A stretch of 61,076 nt of DNA, the filler included, from Basidiobolus ranarum (Eukaryota): assembly GCA_040143965.1 (NCBI GenBank). It is 12 parts of 12 records of this genome, joined end to end, with 100 filler letters (N's around TTAATTAATTAA, not from the genome) between each part and the next. Parts side by side here need not be neighbours in the genome. Positions count along the whole stretch, not along the records: positions 51,002 to 55,990 come from JASJQH010001755.1; positions 56,091 to 61,076 come from JASJQH010001756.1; 10 more parts are not named here. One strand, written 5' to 3'. Position 1 is the first letter of the stretch; each line of letters opens with the position of its first letter. A program made the position numbers and the translations under genes. Of the stretch, positions 53,560 through 61,076 are shown in pieces. Below the pieces are notes generated by a model. It ran no database searches and was not told where the DNA came from. It worked only from the letters and a program-made list of their open reading frames with translations.

Positions 53560-53930
53560 CCTTGACGCTTGATTAAACTTTGCAAACATGTGCACCTACA
53601 ATATACCTTCATTACCAGTATCAATATACATACATTATTTTCCTATTGCTAACTATATGTGATATATAAGAAATGGTTGAGGCAATGAAGATTGGCATGC
53701 AATTTATCCACGCCTTTAGTTTAACCACTATAATTGTGGATATTTACATTACCTTTGTCTTTAGACAAAATTTCATCATTTGGAGAACTAGAAGAGCTGG
53801 TGGTTCTTACTTATGAATTTATTGGGCTGAAAGTTGATATTCAAATATTTGTCAGGGTATAAGCAAACAAACATGTAATGTCAAAATTGGCATTACCTAT
53901 GCACCTATGAAATCATATATAGCTTGGTAC

Positions 53931-54371
53931 TGTTGAAATTAGCATTGCCTAAGTACCTATATATTCATATATAGCTTAGTACTTGGTTATCTTATAATTC
54001 ACTAAGATATTTTCCATTATTCTCAATTGGAATTTACTTAGAATATTGACACCAACTTAGAAGTTCTCAGATCTATAGATTTTTCAAACTTGTGCTAGAA
54101 GCCCTAACCTTTACACATGTCTCTGGGATCTTTCTTAACATGTTCAACACATTAGTTTGTTTACATCTTGACAAAACTATAAATGTCAACTTTCTACTCA
54201 ATAAATCAATTTGTGAAAACCACCAATTTCTCTAATTCTCCAAACCACTTCCACCAGGCTCCCAAATACTTTAACAGGTTATGAGCCCCAAGCTTGCACT
54301 CTCAGTAATATCTACTTCTCAAATTTGTGGAACTTTTCCCTCTTCTGAAAAATTGGATGGAACCAATTATC
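53931..54371 (+). mobile_element. Copia family-A 5' LTR (53931-54276), PBS and first ~30 gag codons, interrupted by an insertion
   Basis: TGTT..AACA LTR, then GGTTATGAGCCC, then MSPKLALSVISTSQICGTFPSSEKLDGTNY. Confidence 0.88.
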
Positions 54372-55990
54372 TGTTAAAGTATTAGGGAGCCTGCTGGATG
54401 TGGTTTGGAGAATCAGAGAAATTGGTGGTTTTCACTTATTGATTAATTTAGTAGAAAGTTGATATTTATAGTTTTGTAAAGATGTATAGAAGCTAACATG
54501 TACAATGTGTTACAAAAGGTCCCAGGAACATGTGTGCAAAGTTTGGGGCTTCCAGCACAAGTGTGAAAAATCTATATATCTGAAAACTTCTAAGTTGGTA
54601 AAAATATTCCAAGTAAATTCCAACTGAGAATAATGGATAATATCTTAGTGAATTATAAGATAACTTAGTACTAAGCTATATATGACTACATAGGTGTCTA
54701 GGCAATGCTAATTTCAACACTCTCCCTTAACTAAATAGTCATATAATCTAATCCTAATAAAGGTCTAAATTTCTCAAACTCTGTCTAGCTAATGGTTTAG
54801 TCAATATATCAGCAATCATGTCTTCTGTAGAACAATAAGTCATGTTAATAAACTTATTCTCTATAGTCTCCCTAATGAAGTGATGCTTGATATCTATATG
54901 TTTGCTTCTATTATGAAACATGGGATCTTTAACTAATTTGATGCAACTTTGATTGTCTTGAAATATTGTAGTTGGTGAATTTTGAGAATAACCTAAATCT
55001 GTTAAGAGTTTTCTTAACCATATGGCTTCTTTTGTTGCTTCATAGGCAGCCATGTATTCTGCTTCTGTTGTTGAAACTGCTACAGTAGGTTGTTTCTTTG
55101 AATTTCAAGAAATTGCTCTATTGCAGCAAAGAAATAAGTATCCAGTTGTAGATCTCCTGTCTTCAATATCTCTTCCCCAATTTGCATCTGAATATCCCAC
55201 CAGATCAATGTTTGATCCAGAATATGAGTATTTCAAGCACAGATCCATAATACCTTTCAAATATCTGAAAATCTGCTTAACTGCTATGACTTGATCAGAT
55301 CCATATTTTGAAGATATTGGCACATAACTCTTTCCAACTATGCAATATCTGGCCATGTTCCAACCATGATATATATCAAACTCCCAACCAGTGATTGATA
55401 AGGAAATTTCTAGCTTTCATTTGAGTCCAAAAAGGTCTGATTTGTTCCATTATTAATCAAGTTCAGATTTGTCTCCATTGGGGTAGATACTGGATAACAT
55501 TCTTCCATTTTACACTTCTTTAGCATATCTCAGATATACTAATACTGGCTTAAAGTTATTGATTTGGTAGTTCTATCTATCTTAATATAGATTCCAAGAT
55601 ATTGCGTCAGTTCACCAAGATGGGTCATATTTAATTTGGCAGATAAGCTGGATTTGGTTTTCTCCAAAGTCTTCAACTCACTGGTTGCTATAATAAGGTC
55701 ATCTACATATAGGGCTAGCAAAACTGGGTTTGTCTTATATGGCCTGAAGTTGATACTATAGTCAGCATTACTCTTTTGTAATTTGAGTGTTTCCAAAAAA
55801 GCATCTATCTTGCCATTCCAAGCTCTTAGAGATTGTTTTAAGTCATAGAGTGGTTTCCAGAGTCTGCAAACTTTTTTAGGGTTTTCTGGGTCCACAAATC
55901 CTTCTGGCTGGTCCATATAGATCTCCTCAGCAAGCTCACCAATCAAAAAGCAGCTCTAACATCCACTGGATGTGTAATAAACTGATATTT
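54372..55990 (-). mobile_element. Copia family-A 3' portion: degenerate RT and RNase H, PPT and 3' LTR (54372-54719)
   Basis: IYMDQPEGF, LYVDD, GYSDANW..D..DRRSTTGY, QDNQS and RSKHIDIKHHF; PPT agttaagggagag at 54720-54732. Confidence 0.93.
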
Positions 55991-56352
55991 NNNNNNNNNN
56001 NNNNNNNNNNNNNNNNNNNNNNNNNNNNNNNNNNTTAATTAATTAANNNNNNNNNNNNNNNNNNNNNNNNNNNNNNNNNNNNNNNNNNNNACGCATCATC
56101 CACCACTTAATTAAACACACAATTAGTGATGCTCTTGTGATTATAATTGATTCTCAGAAGAGCGTATTTCCAGTTAGATAAAATCGCTTATTTTAATGAA
56201 ACCACTTTGTTTATTTACACAATTACTTCCAAAAGTTGAGGAGTGAAGCTATATAAGCTTGGATAGTCCCTGACTCTGGTGGTTGCAGATTATCACCATT
56301 TATTCTGCTCCAACCTTAATACGCATCTTGATATCTGCTGATACTATACCAG

Positions 56353-56994
56353 ATGGACTTCTCACCTTTTACGCGCTTCTATTTCCCTTTAACAAAGGGC
56401 AACGGCTATGAATATATGGAAACCATTTCCGATCAGACTCAATATCTCTTTCGTTATAAGTACAAAATGCATCACAACCAGACCCTCACCAAGTACGGCT
56501 ACCTAGTTACCGGCTCTTCGAAAGAGATGATTTTCCATATGTCCATAGTTGATAAGCATCAGGTAGCCAATGAGAAAAGACTCATGAAAGAGATCAGGAA
56601 GGACCCTAGAGTACCAAACAACCTGACTGTACTTGATCATTCCACAGCCTCAGCTGTACGGTACGAAATCCAGCAAAGACACCGAAACAAGATCCGCCTG
56701 ACACACAAACCTTCCATCATCGACAATCACTTTACCAAGATCAAGCGAAAAATATCTTTTGAGAAGCTCTTATCTCCACCACCCCCACAAAGTAGGAAGC
56801 TGAAGTTTGACGATATAGACATCATATTCCCATACGATCCAGAAGCGCCCTCCTCGATTGTGTCAGATCCGGTTAAGATTGGGCTGACAACCACGCCTCC
56901 AAAAAGTGCTCTGAAATCACCTTTATGCAAGCAGGGGAAATTGGCCGAACGGTTATTCAAGCGCGCTTCTTTTTTGATTCTGGCCAAATCTTAA
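56353..56994 (+). CDS. Hypothetical protein, 213 aa, intronless
   Basis: Long open frame in AT-rich DNA with a basic, Pro-rich C-terminus; no family recognised. Confidence 0.5.
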   Translation: MDFSPFTRFYFPLTKGNGYEYMETISDQTQYLFRYKYKMHHNQTLTKYGYLVTGSSKEMIFHMSIVDKHQVANEKRLMKEIRKDPRVPNNLTVLDHSTASAVRYEIQQRHRNKIRLTHKPSIIDNHFTKIKRKISFEKLLSPPPPQSRKLKFDDIDIIFPYDPEAPSSIVSDPVKIGLTTTPPKSALKSPLCKQGKLAERLFKRASFLILAKS

Positions 56995-58026
56995 AGGGTC
57001 TCGTACACACTATAGCTGCTGTATCGCTTTTCGGACCGCCCCCTCATTTTTGAATATACCACCTTTGCTCCCATATCATCCGAGGCTAGTGAACCTACAC
57101 AAACCTTACCCTTCCTCATGTAGTCTGTTCACTGGTCGCTAATTGATCTATTAATTCGTAGATTTAAGTGCTTTGAGAGTAGTAGTATTTTTGCTTCTAA
57201 ATCAGGTACAGCTCTACTGGCCTCTAGTGGATCTCTTTCGGATTGGTCATAACTGGAAATTGAACTTGTATATCTCAATTCTGACATGTTTGAAGAGTCT
57301 CAGAACAGATACACTACGCTTTTGGTTACTTCTTTTGCCCAAGTAATCGATACTCTCATTCTACTTGTCCCTACCTTTTAGATACTTTCAACCCCCTTTC
57401 ATTTATAGATGACGAGATTTTCGGTTAGAGTAGAAGGTTAAGAATCATAGCCTTCTACTTTCCCCGGTGAAATAATCCATAGTCTCTCGTCGTTGTTAAC
57501 CTATTCCAAATGGCGGATTCCAAGCTAATTCAATTTAAATACCCTCTTCTAAACCTCATTATGAGTTTCATCGGGATTTGGAGCTACTACTTTATTTTAC
57601 CCATAATATAATACTTACATTTTATTTTGAAGAAGGAACCCAACGCCAACATATAGACTGAGAATAATAAAGATCTTTCTATTGATCGTGCAGAGTTAGT
57701 TCCTATGTAGGCAGTGCTAATTTTGGATAAGTCATCCTATGAATCAAAGACCTTCAATTAATTGACTCGTTGGGTTCGTTTGAATTTTCTCCGTCAAAAT
57801 AAGCCCGTCGTGTTTATGAAAGATTTGTAAATACTTCGAAGTAACTATCATCCTAATTTATCTGGCTAAGCGTAGTGATGATAGGCTGAGGCCAAATACC
57901 AGGTTAATGGTTGGGCCTGGCCCTCACCTCACATAAAGGCTTCAGTCTTGCTTATTTACCTCAACACCTCTATTCACACTAGTTTTCTACACTACGCAAG
58001 GAACGAGAAACTCGTAACTTCAACCT

Positions 58027-59747
<1,721 letters not shown>

Positions 59748-60099
59748 CTCAAGTCATGGCAAATTTGTTCGCTTTTTTAGTCGGCTTGGGCAGTCAAAAG
59801 GCTGTGAAGCCATTACTCATAAATATTTGTAATAGACGCTCATTAGATGTATACGATCTAGGCAAATAAACTCTGAATACAGTATTTTACTCTAAAAAGA
59901 GACGATCTGAGAATTAAAGTTAGACACTCTGCCTACTTTTCAAGGACAAGTAGAAGATAGTGTTTTACCTTTAAAAATAGTATAAGACAGATTACGAGAA
60001 TAGAAATAACACTCCTTTCAACTTATATGCGCTTACAAAATTTATAGCATAAAATGGATATGAGTAGAAAAAAGATGACAGATGTTCATTATTATGTAA

Positions 60100-61076
60100 A
60101 TGTATACATTAATGTAGTAAATTTTATACTATTCAAAGAAAGTTGATATGTGGTATAGTCGCGCGAGGTACTTTCAAAATGTTTTTGCAAACCTTATAAA
60201 AACTGATGGTTACTCTGCTGATGTAGTTGTTTACAAACCAATGCCCAAACACTTTGATAGCACCAAGGAGGACTATGTTATAGAAGATCTGAAGGAAGCC
60301 TTGCAGCAAGACGAAAACCTGAATGATTTTTGCTTAACAGCAATCGACCCTGGTCGCTCTTGCGTCTGGTGGTGAAAATGGAAAATACCAGATAAGAAGA
60401 TTTACAAGAAAAGAGTATGATGTGTGCTCTGGTTCTGCAAGATTGGCAAAGAAAGAACTTGAAAGAGCTAGAAATGAAGATATGCTGACCATCATCACGA
60501 ACGAACCGACTGCCAAAACAGTTTCACTACAAAAGTATGTTACCTCGAATACATAAAGTCAAACATGCAAAAATGCTTTGATTTCTATAGTAGTACTACT
60601 GTAAAGAACAGGTTTTATTTGTATCAAGGACACCAGAGAGCGCAAGAAGAAATGGTTAATGTCTTGTTAGATGGTGGAAGAAAGTATAATCGTAAAAAAG
60701 GAACCATACAAAAAAGAACCGAAAGAGAAGAAAGGAAGGAGAAGGCAAGAGAGGGCCGAAAAAAAGGATAAAGAAAGGTAAATATCACAGCATCTCTTTT
60801 TTTTACCAAAAATGTCTAAACCTCATATATAATCATGTCATGTAGATGGAGGTCAGTGACATTCAAGTATAACAAGGACAAAGCCCCTATTATTGCTTTC
60901 GGGAATGGCATGAAGGGAAAGGACTCATCGAAAATCAACGGACATCAAGTAGGCCTAACTGGAAGTCTATATCGCCTCTTAAAGTGCCAAGAGAAAGAAA
61001 GAAGGCTTTTGGTTGTATATGTTGACGAATTTCGGACATCAAAAGTAAAGTTGAACAAAATGGCCTTTATTGTTAT
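60100..61076 (+). pseudogene. Fanzor1 (eukaryotic TnpB-like RuvC nuclease), frameshifted, intron-containing; 3' end truncated
   Basis: IKTDGYSA, RuvC-I AIDPGR (Asp codon at 60346), IRRFTRKEY, PTAKT, RFYLYQGHQRA, IIAFGNG and RuvC-II VDEFRTSK (Glu codon at 61027). GT-AG intron at 60778-60845. Confidence 0.85.

Noticed and set aside
59750-60100. Search for a Fanzor element left end, TIR or partner transposase
   Set aside because: No inverted repeat or transposase motif recognisable, and the right end lies outside the window.

Overview
Eukaryotic, AT-rich DNA with spliceosomal introns. The gene content fits an early-diverging fungus (Zoopagomycota/Mucoromycota, Basidiobolus-like; this is inference). 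The window is not one locus. It is twelve ~5-kb contigs in descending length order (5008, 5007, 5006, 5004, 5002, 4999, 4997, 4996, 4992, 4990, 4989 and 4986 bp) joined by identical N44-TTAATTAATTAA-N44 linkers, so synteny across linkers means nothing. Host genes: tryptophan synthase beta domain, an Avt3/4-like amino-acid transporter, coatomer gamma (SEC21), a C2H2 zinc-finger factor, HIR3/CABIN1, a verprolin/WIP C-terminus, a secreted BBE-like FAD oxidase, a chromo-MYST acetyltransferase, a Kre9/Knh1-like GPI protein, and secreted CBM5/12 and CBM9-like proteins. Mobile DNA: two Copia families (solo LTRs with 5-bp TSDs, nested insertions) and an open-frame LINE that is almost free of CpG. Highlights: (1) a frameshifted, intron-containing Fanzor1 (eukaryotic TnpB-like RNA-guided nuclease) at the right end; (2) a giant-virus-type D5 primase-helicase relic; (3) a tRNA-like 73-mer with a Ser anticodon in a non-Ser body; (4) a pair of convergent orphan ORFs sharing a motif I do not recognise.
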